A DNA stretch of 63,907 bases, filler included, from Choristocarpus tenellus KU-1152 (taxonomy: Eukaryota; Protista; Phaeophyceae), in assembly GCA_964200185.2 (NCBI GenBank). It is 10 parts of 10 records of this genome, joined end to end, with 100 filler letters (N's around TTAATTAATTAA, not from the genome) between each part and the next. Parts side by side here need not be neighbours in the genome. Positions count along the whole stretch, not along the records: positions 33,163 to 36,202 come from CAXNAD020022758.1; positions 36,303 to 49,269 come from CAXNAD020001630.1; positions 49,370 to 52,850 come from CAXNAD020019738.1; 7 more parts are not named here. The stretch is one strand, 5' to 3'. This document shows, in pieces, positions 34,914 to 49,412 of the stretch. Below the pieces are notes generated by a model. The model saw only the letters and a list, made by a program, of their open reading frames with translations, was not told where the DNA came from and made no database searches. A program made the position numbers and the translations under genes. Positions within the stretch are counted from its first letter, which is position 1. Every line of letters starts with the position of its first letter.

Positions 34914-35627
34914 ATACTGGAGTGTTGTTGATGTTACCAAGTCTTTATTATTAATACTGGTAATGATATTGATCACTTCAGAATATCTGTGGTTTTTTGT
35001 ATAGATGAGAAGAGGGGGGGTGGTTGACAATAGTTGAAGATATTCATTGCTCCGCTTGAAGTCACAGTTCCTAATATCTTTGTGAATAATCACAATAATA
35101 AAGATATTATTGTGATTATTCACGATAAAGAGGATATGAGTAACTTCTTTGTGTGGGAGAGACACGCTGTTGTATTTGATAGCATCAAAGTGTACTGTCT
35201 TATTCCAACCCAGGGAAGGGTATACCCTTATTTATCCATGCGATGCAAGGCAAGAGGGTTCTAGAATGTTGCATGCCTCGGGTGATGACCTCACATGGCG
35301 GTGAGGGGTGTGTATGTGGCAGCACGCATGGGTGGGGTATGTTTCAAATGGAAGTTGAGACGCCTTCTGTTGTCACAAGAAGGCCCTGATTGAAGTAGAG
35401 TTATTTACCCTCAAATGGCGTACATAGATACTTCAATGTATGAAGTATCCTCAAAGGTTCAGGGTCAAAAAATACGTATGTTGCGGGGGGGGGGGGGGGG
35501 GGGGGGAAAGGGGGGGTGTTTTGGTTTTACAAATATAGAGGGTGCCCGGTTGTTTTTTTNNNNNNNNNNAGAGGAAGAAAAAAAAAATATAGAAGAAGTA
35601 ATGTAAAGAGGGGGGGGGGGAGAAGAA

Positions 35628-35661
<34 letters not shown>

Positions 35662-37059
35662 CGTCTAAGAGTGGGTGTATTGTGTCATGACATGTACAGT
35701 GTGCACTGGCTATTTTTTTGGTTATGCATTATTGGCTTGCCTGTATGAGGTGTGTAGAGATGTAAGTAGTTTTATAGATGAGAGGTCTGGCTCTTTTTTG
35801 TCTCATGCGGTTTGGCACCAGTGTGGAATTTTGTTTTTTAACACCCTTTTTTGGCAGTTTTGGAGGTGGTAGAGTTAGGGTTTACTTGTTGGATATCATG
35901 GTATGCATGTTATGTGACTCATGATTCTTTCAGTTTGTACCATCTGTATCTCAAGTGTGCTATGTTGTTGTTTTGTAGCCTGAATTCTCTGCTGGTGGAG
36001 GTGTTTCGAGTTTTGTACTGGCTGGCTTATTTTATGACAGCTCTATTTCTATATTAACAGTCCTCGACAACTTTTTTATGTAGCTTACATTCCAGGTGTT
36101 GTGTTGTATGCATTGACCACTTCGCCCTCCTTTTAGCAACCGATTTCAAAAATTAAAATGGAGCTTTTCATTGAGGATGGGCTTGACCCAAAATTGACTG
36201 GGNNNNNNNNNNNNNNNNNNNNNNNNNNNNNNNNNNNNNNNNNNNNTTAATTAATTAANNNNNNNNNNNNNNNNNNNNNNNNNNNNNNNNNNNNNNNNNN
36301 NNGAGTTGTTTGAGCTAGGGAGGGTGTTCAATTAGACTCTTCCAACTCTATCGGACAGTTACGGTAAAATATGTAGGGAGGAAATGAACAATAAATTAGT
36401 GGTTGAGTTATCAGAACCTTTTACTAGTGATTAGTTGTACGAAAAAAATTCTCACATGAAAAGGAAATATTTCTGATTTATGGGATGCTGCATGCCCCAC
36501 TTAACTTTAATCACTCTACAGACACCAAGCAATCTCGCTGGGTTTATCGTCTTTATCCTCTTTGATTTGGGAGATACTTTAACAACTTTATCTTGAACAA
36601 AACGACCAAAAATGCAACAAACTCAAAAAACGCTTTGAGCAGTTTGTCGGCCCTTGTGCGAGGTTAGGCGTGAAGTTTTGTAAGTTTCATTCTAGGTTTT
36701 ATTGGAGAGGGTGCCCGGAGCAGATGTACAGTACCCCAAGTTCAACTGACAAAATGCATCATCACACCCCTCGGCAATGACGACATGAAGGTCCAAGTTG
36801 CATACTACATGTTAACGAAGACTTTCCAAGTGTCGACTGATCTGATTGCTAGCTGGGTTGCGACGACAAAGCACGTTCTCCATCAGTCTCTGCCTCTCTA
36901 ATTAAATTTCTTGCCCCCGTACAGTACAGGATGCAACTCACACATCATATAAACCTTCTATGCAACCACCTGCATCATGCTTTTTCCCTTTAAAAAAAAT
37001 GTCCATCCTTAGTTGCATTTTCCACCCCCTACAGAGCAGCATGAGTTTGTAGTGGCACG

Positions 37060-37800
37060 CGCAGCCATTGAGGATTAAACCCTTAAACTTGAGTAGTGCA
37101 AAGGCGCAGTTGAGTTGGTTCTCAGTATCAATTTATACACGGAGAAAGCTTCTCCTAACAATGATGAGTACATGGACCAGGGATGAGAAGGGGATCCCAA
37201 CCTTAAGGCATACGGGGATAACAACAGTGATGGTGATGGTGCCGACAATGTTGCTGGTATTGGTGGACATGATGGACACAGTGGAGATGATGTCGAGCAC
37301 TGTTGTGTGGGACAGAGGAAGAGGGAGAAACGGAACGGTTAGTAGTACGGGGGTAGTCCCCCTAGGAATTCCTCCTAGAAGATAAAATCACTTCATGGAT
37401 GGTACTGGCACCGCCACCCCCATTTTTTGGGAACATGGACAAGAGGTTGACGGTGTTGAAAATTCAGTATAGTTTCAACAAGAGATTGCTCGGCTAAGTT
37501 CCAGGGACCTCGACATGTGCTCAAAAACCAATCGAGTTTACCATCAAACAGTAAGTTGCTGGACTCGTCACTCCAGAGTACATAGTACTCACACCTGTAC
37601 AAAGGATAAGGTCAAGAAGAGGAATTTGAAGGTCTGGCGCATAAGGGCCCCGAACCACAATGGGGTTGACCCTAACACAAGCAGGAGAGTAGCAATGGGG
37701 TGGTTGCATCTTGAGACAAAATCAACAAGAAATTCGCACTACCCCACATTTAGGAGCCATCAAGGAGGCCTGGGAACTAACTGAAGGATAAGGCAGTTTG
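37060..37800 (+). mobile_element. Possible LTR retrotransposon gag remnant
   Basis: Gly/Arg-rich broken ORFs and WTRHSRVHSTHTC, which resembles a decayed zinc knuckle. Weak. Confidence 0.25.
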
Positions 37801-40800
37801 TGTGCAGGCAGCTCAAATGGCTTCTGCTGCCAATACTGCTGTTGAGAGTGCATCTAGTGAGTACATTGTGAAGGGCCATATGGAGATATTGTAGTTCCCA
37901 TCATCTTTGGTGTTTTTTCCTCATTCTTGGCCCGTTCACCCAATCCTTCCACACACCTCTCCCTGAATTATCTTCCTTACTACTACTTATTATTCCTTCT
38001 TGTGCAGTTTTCTATTTACAATTCACAACTGAAGAGTCTACAGAGGCAGATCATAAACCTGAGTAAATGTCCCTTGTAGGAGGCTCTGATGGAATGCTAG
38101 GAATCCACTCATTATTTACTGCTGGGGAGGTAATTAGTTGTCATGTTTCATCGCTAGAAGAAAACAAAAGCCAAAACACAATGAACTCATTCTAGAATAT
38201 CAATATTTCCAGAATACCGAAATACTGAATAACAATGTACCTAACTTCACTAAGGAATATCACAGCGTCTCCTCCAATTATCTACCAATATACTGCAGTG
38301 CTTTGTACTATGTGTATGTAACTCCATTTCAATTTTCACCACTGTAAATATACATAGTACACATGACAACGATCTACATATTTCCTTAGTTCTTGAATAT
38401 CATTGTTTTGTTCTATTTTTCATGATGCTGTCAAATTACTCTGCCTACAGCTCCTTCGACTCTACTAGTACAAGTGGGCAGAAGAGTTAACTAACTCCTA
38501 CCCTCTTACCTTATCCTGTAGCCCCTTGTTGAATGTTTTGCATATATTTTGCAATCTCCATCCATGCCTGGTTCATCCACAACCTACCCCACCCCCTCCC
38601 CCCCACATTCATTCAACAACATAGTGATTCCTATTTCTTGTGTATCTTCTCTGTGCTGTCTTTGTGTCATTCTTGATATTTAACTCATATGTATACACAT
38701 ATGTCATTATATGAACATAAGGATAGTGTATGCTGTTCATCAACTGATACTTACACACAAACTACAGCACATTAAGGATTATCGACTCTCTACGACAAGC
38801 AGCACCATATATTTTGTAGTGATAATGATGTACAGCTGCCAGTACTACAGTTTATAGTGCCAGTAACAGAATTAATAGTGGTAGCAACCAACTTCAAAAG
38901 GCATTGCTACCATGAGGAGGCAGGTCACAATGATGATTACCCCCTTGAATTGTTGGTGACATTATCATCACCCTCTTGTTCTTTTGGCCTCCAATTTTTC
39001 AAAGCTCAACGCTACTACTAATGGTCCTATTGTTCCACCAAGTAGAAACCAGGAACTCAGACCACACAGGTGAAGAGGGGCAAACTTTGTGGTGATCTTG
39101 GCAGGTGGCAGACAACTTTCTCCTCTCGAAGGTACTCAAAAATGTAATACAAAGGATGCAAACGCGCATGAATCATGCTGGATGGAGTCAACTTGGCTGG
39201 ATTGCTCGTCAGGAACAAGATTCTTGAGCAGCGTAAAATGCCGATTTGATTCAGTCTCAGAGAAGTAAATGCCCTACAAGGTCAACGTTTGAAAGTTCCA
39301 CTCTGGTTTTCAATACAGTTCCATCTGGGTTTTAAATATTCCTTCTTTTAAACGTATGTACTCCAAATGTGTAAAAAATTCAACATGGTTTCAATAGTTC
39401 AATCTGGATCTTTAAATTATCTGCCAAACGCATGAACTCTGAGTGTGCCATATCTCAACCAATAGGATGCATTGGCCCTTACCTCTCTCCCCATACCCTG
39501 TCAACTTTAGCATAAGCACCCTAGTCCCTTTCCTCTGCTCAAGAAAAAAATACACAAAATGCTATTCACAAATTATATTCAACTCCCAAATATACCCCAA
39601 TGCAGTTGATCCAAGAGTGTGACACAAACAAGACAAAAATATACAACTAAGGGTCCAATCAAAGACGCACTCACACAGAACGCACAAACAAGGGATACGT
39701 AGAAAGGGTGGCAGTCTAGATGGTGGTGCATTATGACTGCGAAAGCATGTAATGATGGCATGATGTATTCAGCATGTACCATCAACTTTAGACCCTTAGT
39801 ACTACATCTCTGATTTGTCAGAGAATCAGTGGCGTGCACTAACAAGGGTTACACTCACTTCCCTGGCACAAACTACTTTGATAGAAGTAAAAGTTTGACC
39901 TAGTTGTATCTTTAAATCCACACGTGCAGAATACCACCACCACCACCATGTGCATAGAAGTAAAGCGGTCTACAGTCCTCAACAGTCCTCTTACGCAAAT
40001 CCGTTCCGCCACACGGAATCTTCTCCTTGAGGCAACCCAACAAACTCGTATTTCCCATCCTCATCATCCTCCTCTTCCTCCTCCTCAGTCTTTGATTGTT
40101 CAAGATTCAGCTGGAGAATTCCACTCATTACATGCCCTTGCCCTCTAACCCCACCCCTCTCACCCCTATGATTGTCTTGGTTGTTGCTTCCTACCTTCAA
40201 CCTTGCCCCCCCTTCCAATGCAGATACTTTCTGCCCTGTCACCCTTCCTCCTCTGGTGTCGCCCCTGTCTTGACCATGGCGCTGTACTGGACCTCCTCGT
40301 ATCAGGCCCACTTGACTCTTCTGCCATACCCATGAGAGGAAATTGTCGTTTGGGGGAGTTCAGGTCCGTGTGGTGCTATTGGAGATAGTGCAATTCATCG
40401 TGAATTCTGCAAGAGTGCATATGCATCTACTCAAGTATATTTTTCACACAAATGTGCTTGTATTATGCTGAGCTATTCATCACTCTGGGCAGTTAGCATG
40501 ATCAGGGTCCCGACCTTGGCCGTGGGCTGGCCTATGAACCGACCATGTCGAAACAGTTTTATGGTCATGACAAATTGTAGTGCCTCTGTTAGAGTATTTC
40601 TTCATGTGCATTGGGTTCAGTGATGTCACTGCTTATCGCTCTACCTCCTCTGTTGAATCTTGGGCTAGAGCTGTAGCGGTGCCACTCGGCAATGAAGCCT
40701 ATCATTTTGTGTAATTTTTTTCTCCACTTGAACCCCAACTTGTGGTCAGAGGCATTGCTGCTCAGTGTACAACTTCTCACACTAATGTACCTAGCTGCTG

Positions 40801-40839
40801 CAATTCAACTAATTGTACTGCTTCTGTTAGTGCCTTGCT

Positions 40840-41200
40840 TCTTACGCATTGGGTGGATCAATCCCTCCCTTGAATCTTGTCCTGGGTTCACCTCGGCATT
40901 GTTTGGCAATGAAGTTTTCCCATGTTGTTCCTGGTCTCCAGGATTTAGTGGCATAGTTGCAGATAAGATCGTACAGGTGTACCATCCGTAATGCTCGCCA
41001 TGTGGAACTAGGGTAATCAAAAACCACTAAAACATTATGTATGGCGACAGTGAGAGCAATACAGGTCTGCAATCCATAGTGGTTGTCACACGGAGTCACA
41101 ACTGTGAAATTCATGCGGGAAATACCCTCCTTCAAAACCACCCACCCATCAGAACACATCGCGGCCATGGATTGACCCCATTAGAACTATTTATACTGGG
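40840..41200 (-). mobile_element. hAT-like transposase fragment (DUF659-type first catalytic Asp region)
   Basis: AAMCSDGW.....ISRMNFTVVTP resembles TIMSDGW.....INFxVxxP. Confidence 0.45.
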
Positions 41201-42149
41201 CTGGAATACGTCTCAGCCATGTTGAAACTGTTCACTTCCATTGACCAGCCACATTAGAACATGCTCAAGGAATGAGGAATAAACGTGCCTTCACCCACAC
41301 TCCTTTTCATCAATAGATTGAGAAAGTTGGGATCAGACCGGGTCAAATCCTTACTATCTACAGCAGTATGTTTTAATGTAGCCTCGTCCCATAATGATCT
41401 CTGACGACCCTGGTTCAGACAACGTCAGAAAATATTTTTCACACGTCTTTGATAAGGCTGGCAAACTAAGGGACTGGTCCATGGGCTCGACTGGCTAAGA
41501 CAGGTCTATCAAGTATTGAAACCTATCCAAGTCCGTGGCCCAAACAGGTTCTACTGTTTTCAGGACTTTTTTTTTCACACTTGGTCGGATACCTTTAAGG
41601 GACCAGACCATGAGCCAACTCGTCAAGAATGAATCCTGAAAGGGTTGAACCAGGTCTGTAGGAAATTTAGTAGGACTGGCCATGAGCTGGCTCGGTGAAA
41701 ATATACTTGAAAAAACCTTGAGGGGTCAGGACAGGGGGCCAGCTTGGGCAAGATAGGTTTTGAAAGGACTTGGCCAGTTAGTTCTCAAGAAACTTGTAAA
41801 TTACTATCGGGGTTTCTGACTTCTAATCTTCCAAACAATGCATTAGGCGTATGATAAGTTATTTACAAAGCTAGCCAGCATGCATATGGCAAAATCGAGA
41901 AGTGTGTAACTAATCTATCCCTATTTTTCTTTTCATTTGCTACGTAAACACTGGACAAATAATAATGAAAAAATAATATCCTGTCTTATTAGTTCTCCTG
42001 GACACATTTGCAAATACCCGAGAGCCGGCCTGCGCATTAAATTTAAAATGCTTCATCTGTATGAGATTATGCCACACAGTCGTTAAGAAATGAAACATTA
42101 ATTACAAAGAGACTGTTTGCCGAGCCACACTCTCTTCTGGAAAGAAGAC

Positions 42150-44900
42150 ATGGTTATTCGGGACATCTTCTGTTCGTGTCTCAGTTACTCTTTCTCCTGG
42201 TCGTACTTGGACTCCTCCTATATTAGGAGCCTGTCAAGACACAAGTACTTAAGGTGATCCACATTCTCAGTGCACAGATCACATCGAAAATTACTCAGTG
42301 CGAGAGAGAGACTTGAAAAGGCTCTGCCAGATAAGTTGTGCCTTCAATGCCATGATACAATTGGGCAAACTTGGTCAGAAAGGCAATTGCACACACTGCA
42401 ATACCTTGCTTGCCTCATCCGTCTCCAGAGTAGTTTTCTCCTTCCAATACTTGAAAGGTCAAAATTTCCATTGTCCTCCCCCTGTCTCTCCGGCATACAT
42501 GTGAGGAGTTAATGCTAGCTCAAGGCATTTGAGCGCTTGATGTTTTGGGTGGGATTAACCTTGCATGCCTCCTCCTGATATCCCCCCTCCACACCACTAC
42601 TGTAAAAGTACCTGCTTCAATCTCAACACTTTCTCCTTCTTGGTCAAATCAGGGAGGGCAAATGAACTTTATACTGGGATCTGATTCTGTAGTCACAGAA
42701 CCTCGCTCATATTCCCCATCCACATCAAGTGGAAAACTGAGCAAATCCCACTGCACCTCCAGCTCAGTCATATCTCTGCCCCATGGACACATGAGAATGT
42801 GCTACACTTCTTTGTGCATGAACCTAGCGAGAGAGCAAGTTGCCCCATCACATAGTTTGCTTCACCCAGGTTGTGATCTTCTGTATCTGTCGCAAGAGCT
42901 TGAGAAACATGCATTCTGTCTCCACGATTTGCTCCACTGGTACATTTTTGGAAGGAGCATCATCTTTGCCACCTGCAGCTATAATTGCGTGCAATACCTC
43001 CTTGTAGACTCTGTTAAGGTCCACCATCAAGGAGTTGATTTGACACAAGAAGTCCACTGCGTCCACCGTGGATGTCTGCAGTGATGTCCATGGACAGCTC
43101 CAGAAGACAAACAAATTCACAGAGGATGACCCACTCTTCACTGCTCAGGCACCCCCTTTTTGTTCTTGGGATACCTCCAAGTAGGTGTTGATCGCTGCTC
43201 AGAGAACCAGGAGGTAACGGAATAACCAACAGGTCGACATAAGCCTTAGGTTGAGTCACATGAACAAAATAAAAAAACACGAACTCTTTTAAAAACACCA
43301 AGGAAGGAATGCATTAACATATATTTAATGTGATAGAGAGAGAGAGAAGCAAGAGATTGAATATATTAGACATGTTGCCAGATTTCTCTGCCTGTTTGCT
43401 CTATCTTGTAATTTGTAATAATTCATTGGCAAAGAAAACAATATTTTTAAAAAAATAAAACGTTGCACACACGAGAATAGACCAATGTTTTGAAACGCCT
43501 ACATAACAAATAGATGTCAAGCCCCATTGCACGAGACAAAAATACTATGAATTGACATCTATTCTTTGAACACAAGAAAGCAACCACATACATTTGCTAA
43601 ACAGATTGGATGGTGTGAGTTGGCACAACCAAGTTGTACCTTTTTTGGCGTAAGAGGTGAGACAGAAAAGCAACACAAAGGACAACACTTCTCTATGTTG
43701 TGTGTAATTATGAGAGCCAAAGCATCTTAGAGGGTAGAGCCGCATCCATTTGGGGGTCCAAATCCAATGTTACGATTTCGATGTAACTTGGCTATATCGT
43801 GTTTGTTAGGAAGTATCAATATCCTTGTTCTGGACACACCTTTTCATAACGTATACATCTGACCTAATCCTAAACATTTCGGACTAGGAAAATATCATAA
43901 AAAACCTGAGGGAAGCTAAGCACCAAACGGACAAACAGGGCAAAACTCGTACCCCAACCCTAAGATACTCTCACTAATAATTATCATAGCAAGAAGTGAT
44001 TGTGAGGTACCATGTATCACATCGTACTCTATCAGAAGCACACCGCTAAGTGAGAAATACTTTAGCACAAAATAGTGATGTAGTGACACATAAATAATTT
44101 TATTTGCTGTTGCTGCTATGTTGGTAGAAGCACAATCTGGGACTAACCTTCTTTGCCCAAAGCTTGACGTCCACTAAAGTGTGTATGTATGCCAGAAGAA
44201 GTCGCAGTTGAGAGACCATCATGCCCCCTTTCCAACAAATTTCCCAGGAACTAAAGCAACAGTCACAGCGCAGTAACGACTCTCACAACATTAGTAAGAT
44301 GCAGTTGAAAGCTGCAAAACGGCCCTCCATACCCCTCCTTCAACCTCTTGTTGCGAATTGCCTTCAAGCTGTTGGCAATGGTGCCCTTCACCTTACCAAA
44401 AAAGGTGGTACTCAGAATGCATTGAAAACCATGGCATATGCTGGTGAAAAGGCACTACTGTGATGTTTGTGTCCTCAGTCCCTATACCTCGGTACACTTC
44501 CTTACATGTATCAGGAAACATCTTGTTTTCCACCTGCTGCACAAAGAAATAGCGGGTGGATAGTGGACTGTCAACAACTCCATGTAGCCGTTCAAGATCA
44601 AAGATACACAGACTAATGAGCATGCTCATTCTCAAGCAAAACAAAGACAGCCCCCAAAGGGCGAAACTCGCAAGACAAGTACTCTACAGTATCAACTTAC
44701 CCGAAACAGCTTAGGCCTTGCCATATTTCGCCGCCTTTGAACAACTGCCTGATGGCTGATACTTGATGTGCTTGGTAGGATGTTTCTGCCTGAGGCGGAG
44801 CATGAGAGCCCTGTTGCCCCTGATCCCATCAGTTCAAGTGCTCACTACTAACATACATGCGTGTTCCCAATGTCTTTCTCTTGACATCGCTGTCCGGCTG
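42150..44900 (-). mobile_element. Degenerate hAT transposase with an apparent intron
   Basis: BED-finger-like GNRALMLRLRQKHP (~44800), LSSEEWVILCEFVCLLELSMDITADIHG (~43100), and a dimerisation domain FKYWKE...FAQLYHGIEGTT...LSNFRCDLCTENVDHLKYL (42240-42470). AT-rich spacer 43240-44148 begins with GTTAG and holds a MITE. Confidence 0.7.
43714..43976 (-). mobile_element. 260-bp MITE copy 5
   Basis: Full-length reverse copy. One TIR is altered to TTAGGGTTGGGGTA. Confidence 0.9.
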
Positions 44901-45920
44901 GATTGCCATGTCACTTTGTTTAGCATTCTTCACAGGAGATAGGTCCCTACTTGCATGCTTCCTGTTATCTGCAACACACCCGCTTATCGACTGTGAAGAC
45001 TGTTCCACCATACTGCAGACTTGATACACTCCTGGCAAATGTGTCAGAGTGGCCAATCTGCCCAACTGATTAATTGCATAATGGTCTATCATGTTGAGCT
45101 GGACGGGCAAGGCGGCAAGCATGATGTTTGACTATCATCATTGTTGTCACTATAGCTGACACCACCTCTGCCACTCCGCTCCTGCTGCAAGCGTGATCGC
45201 TACTACTGTGGCCACTCAATGCAACTCAGCAATCCTCAGTGCCCACTGCCTCACTCTAGTCCTCTCTACCTTTACTCACCACAACAAAGTGATTCATATA
45301 GAAGCCACAAGCACTATGAGTTACGCATTATGGATGGAAGGGTAGGTATGTGGTGACTGCTGTGTCATTCATAGGGGATCCATAATTCAATAGATCATAT
45401 AATTTAAAAAAACTGGCGCATAATTTGTTAATAGAAATAATTTAATGTTCAATGCCATAGAGTGTAGAGGTCGATTTAAACAACACCAGTAAACAAGAGT
45501 GTTACCTCTTTCTTACCAAGAGGATCAGCCTGGGGTATAAAACAATTTACATAAGGAAATGTGATTATATATTTCTTCACTTTATTTAGCCTGGGGATAA
45601 TCTCAACCCAGCGTCAGAGGAACCACACTCTGCAATACATATCCCATCCTACCTGCTGTTGCATTATGACAAATTGTATCGCCTCCGATTGTGCAATGCT
45701 TTGGGTTCAGTCTACCAACTGCTCATTGCTCCACCTCCTCCCTGAAATCTTTAGCTACAATGAAGCCTTGCCAAACATCATTTCTTGACCCTAAGGTTTA
45801 TGGCGTAGCAACACTCGCTTGTGAACACATTTTTAGCCAAAATCGCCCCCCACAATGTTAGATAGGATAGTGCAGGTTTACAACCCATAGTCCTTGCCAC
45901 GTGGACCTCAAGTGATTCAA

Positions 45921-46158
45921 GAGTCAAAGCACCTAAGAGGGTAGGAGTTTTGCCCTGTTTGTTCGTTCAGGGCTTGGCATCCTACAGGTGTTTTATGCCC
46001 CTCTTCGGTTTTCAGTGTGAACACAGTTACCTAAAATGTTAACAACTATGAAAGGTGTGTCCGGAGCAAGGATATTGACACTTGGTAACAAACACGATAG
46101 CCAAGATTCATCAAAATTGCAACATTGGATTAATGATCCCAAACAGACACGGCCCTAA
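45921..46158 (+). mobile_element. MITE copy 6 (subfamily 2)
   Basis: GAGTCAAAGCACCTAAGAGGGTAGGAGTTTTGCCCTG plus the conserved core. Shares a TGTGAACA-containing variant segment with copies 7 and 10. Confidence 0.85.
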
Positions 46159-46619
46159 ACCATATTTCCAAGAAAACAATTCTGGCGTTGAAGAGTCTAA
46201 AACTGCAAAATTCAATAAGGGAATAACCTACGTTAACCACTGAGCCATGAGTTTACAACAGGGCCTGCTTCGGTAAGATATCTCTCAACCAGTCCTAGCT
46301 AGGGTCTTCAGAAATGTTAAGGGGCCTAGGTGTGTGCTGGGCCACAGCCCAGTCTCCTCAGGCCAGTCTGGTCAACTACCAGTCTGGTGTTAAGTTTCTG
46401 AATGTTTTCTAGCATGTGCATACCAGGGCTGTTAGAGATTGTAACTGGATTGGGCCGCAGGTTGAGTACTAGCAGCATTGAGACGTTGATGATAAGGAGC
46501 TGGCTGGATACCTTCCCAATCGATTACTTTACCTCAATTGAAATTGGCAAGATCGAAGCCGAAATTCTATGAGAGTATGTATGACAGGCTTATTCCAATA
46601 CACATTTGGGATATTTCGG

Positions 46620-46810
46620 GGTCGACCTAATATATATTTTTCGTATGCACTGCGTTCCTCGAACGATGTATCAGCTGTGGGAGGTGCAGGAATGCAGTGT
46701 ATATAGGTTGGGGTATCCGGTACAGTCCTTTGCCGCCTGCATAACTCACTAGTGCCATCCGCCATTCTGCCCACTTCTCCCTTGTATGCCCACGTGCTCC
46801 ACTCCATCCC
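46620..46810 (-). mobile_element. Possible Copia gag N-terminal fragment
   Basis: KWAEWRMALVSYAGGKGL resembles the W...M...L..KGL start of Copia gag. Frameshifted. Confidence 0.3.
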
Positions 46811-47753
46811 ATCTTGACTGGGCTAGTCAAAGTTTTTGTTCATCCAGGACCTTCAAATATATCAACATGACTGGGCTGATGGCTGACCCGGAACCGAAAT
46901 ATGTTCTAACAGGGCCAGTCCATGGCTGTCAACCATTCCAGCATGACTGGACCATGGGTTGCCTGGTACCAGTATGTCCTAAAAGGACTGACTCCAAGGC
47001 CATCAAGTGGTTCAACATGACCAGGTCATTGGCTGACTTGTGGCAATGGTCCAGACCCCGACCATGTTAACTACCATGACTGATGAAAAGCCCAAAAAAT
47101 ATTGGAATCTGTCCATCCGACATACCAGAAAGGTACCGATACTTGGGTACCAATACTTGGTGAACCTGACTTGGACATTTCACAAAATATTAGAACTGTT
47201 CCAACCTGTGACTGGACTGAAATTGCCTGATCTGATGAAAAGCCCTGATGCAATGGTATCTAATTCAGCAGCAAAATAAGTCAATACGTGCGGTATTGAT
47301 ATTCTTCTTGAAAGGCAACAGTAAAACTTAAGAGCACACACAAAACAAGAACAGTCATCCACTCCTACTCAAACAAATCTGAAGAAAAAAATAATAATCG
47401 AACAAAATCAGAGTCAGAAAATATTTGAATGGGCCCAAGATGAAGACAATATTTGAGCTGTCAATACCAATACAGCCAGAGTGTAGAACAACTAGAAAAT
47501 AAATTGGTACGTGAAGAGCGGCATCTCAACAAAACATCGAATAGTTAAATATTTTTTTCTTGTTCGCACATGTACTCGCTTGAATACAATTCTTAAAAAC
47601 CGTACTATAACGAAAAATAACTGCCATGCGCTTTCGAAGATGCTACAACCGTATCAAAGCTAAACGCTCCCACCCCATGTACCATGGTGACACGCCCTCA
47701 TCCAAACCACAACCACCTGCCGTGCAGATAGATATTCAGGAGTCTTTTCTCAC

Positions 47754-49146
47754 CTTAGGCAGTACTTCCCTTGGAACAGGCAGTGGGACGTTAAACACCG
47801 GTGGAGAGCTGAAAGTAAGGAAGCAAGGATCGAGGGAAGAAATCCACTGAGATGCAACATGCTTGCATCGTGCAACAAACGCCTGGTAGAAAAAAATTCA
47901 AACTCTGCTCAATCCCATGCGTGGGTGCGTCAAAAATCATTTCAAGCGTAATAATGGATTGCTTGGACCCACCAGGGGGACAAACAGGAAAGAGAAACAC
48001 ACACCTGAAAAACACACCCTCTTGCAACATTACATTATAGGTGAACTTGCTCTACAGAACAGAGGATACAGGTATTTTTCGAGGAAGCAGACCATGGTAT
48101 CATACCACACTCTGACACAGTTCCAGCATACACACACACACACACGCACACACACAAAAAGGTCAAGAGTAGTGGCAAAGGCACAGAAGAACTTAACAAG
48201 CGCAAAAACCCCAATGATAAAGTCCCACCTCCTGAGTTCGGATAATGCATGGCATCGCAGTTCCCAGAGGTTGAGAAGGAGCGCCTCTGCTGGCCAGAGT
48301 CTATCAACTGGTACGCCTGCACTCTTGATACAAAGGTGAACCACATTGCTGCCACTCACAATCAATATATATATGTATGTGTGTGTGTGTGTATGTATGT
48401 CATTTTTATTAACATGCCAGTGGTGCGTGAGGGACAAGAGGGAACTGAATTGAGCTAATTGTGCTATTACGAATCCATATGGTAAAAGTGGGTCGGGGCT
48501 GGGTGAGGGGGAATGAGACCAAAAGGAAACAAGGGGCCTGGAACTGACAACACTACTTGTTTTCAATGCATTGGATAAGTTGAATATATTAACCATTTGT
48601 TACACAAAGGAATGGAGATCACCCAGTAATCCATCCATTCAACAAAGGATAAGGTATCGCCCCAGACATGCCACCCCACGTTTCAAGACCATAAGGGGAG
48701 GTGCAATAATTGGTACTGCAGTGGGAAACATCATTCGAAAAGCAACAATTACACCATAGAAACGGCAAACAAATCACAATGAGCCAATGAGACGCAAGAG
48801 TCACATCTAACCAAAACCCTAACCCTTACCTGCTCAACTTTTTTTTCTTCTCTTGCTTTCTATTGAGTTTTGACAGTGTCCTCATGTAACGCAAACTTCA
48901 ACCCATAACTTTTCATAGACATCTATGTTAGACTCTACACCGCTACAGGAGACAGGATTGTCAAAAAATAAAAATTCTACTATTAAGTGTTTAAGTCACC
49001 TTGAGAGTTCAATAATAATGCAGTAAGACTGTAAACTAACACAAAAAAACCCTTAACCTTCTCAGTAGGTCCAGTGCAGTCTCAAATGCCCCCACGGAGT
49101 TGCATACCACAGATGACAGCCCGCCAAGAACTCCAGCCTCTGCCAC
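47754..49146 (-). CDS. Putative exons of an unidentified gene
   Basis: AG/GT-bounded, GC-richer islands at 49146-49058 (VAEAGVLGGLSSVVCNSVGAFETALDLLR), ~48325-48229 and 47846-47754 within AT/TG-rich intron-like DNA. Phases could not be joined into a convincing long frame. Confidence 0.35.
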
Positions 49147-49412
49147 CTTAGAGAGTGGACACAATGGATACTGGTTCGCCCTGCCCTCAATAGATGAACC
49201 AAGGTGTAGAAGGGGGGGGGGGGGGGGTGGGGAAAAGGGGGGGGAAAATGCGCGGTGGAAAGGCAACAANNNNNNNNNNNNNNNNNNNNNNNNNNNNNNN
49301 NNNNNNNNNNNNNTTAATTAATTAANNNNNNNNNNNNNNNNNNNNNNNNNNNNNNNNNNNNNNNNNNNNGGGGGAAGTTCTAACAATCTGCTGTGATTGT
49401 TAAGTACGGCCC

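Noticed and set aside
35484-35661. Long poly-G tracts as G-quadruplex elements
   Set aside because: Adjacent to Ns and low-quality sequence, so lengths are unreliable.
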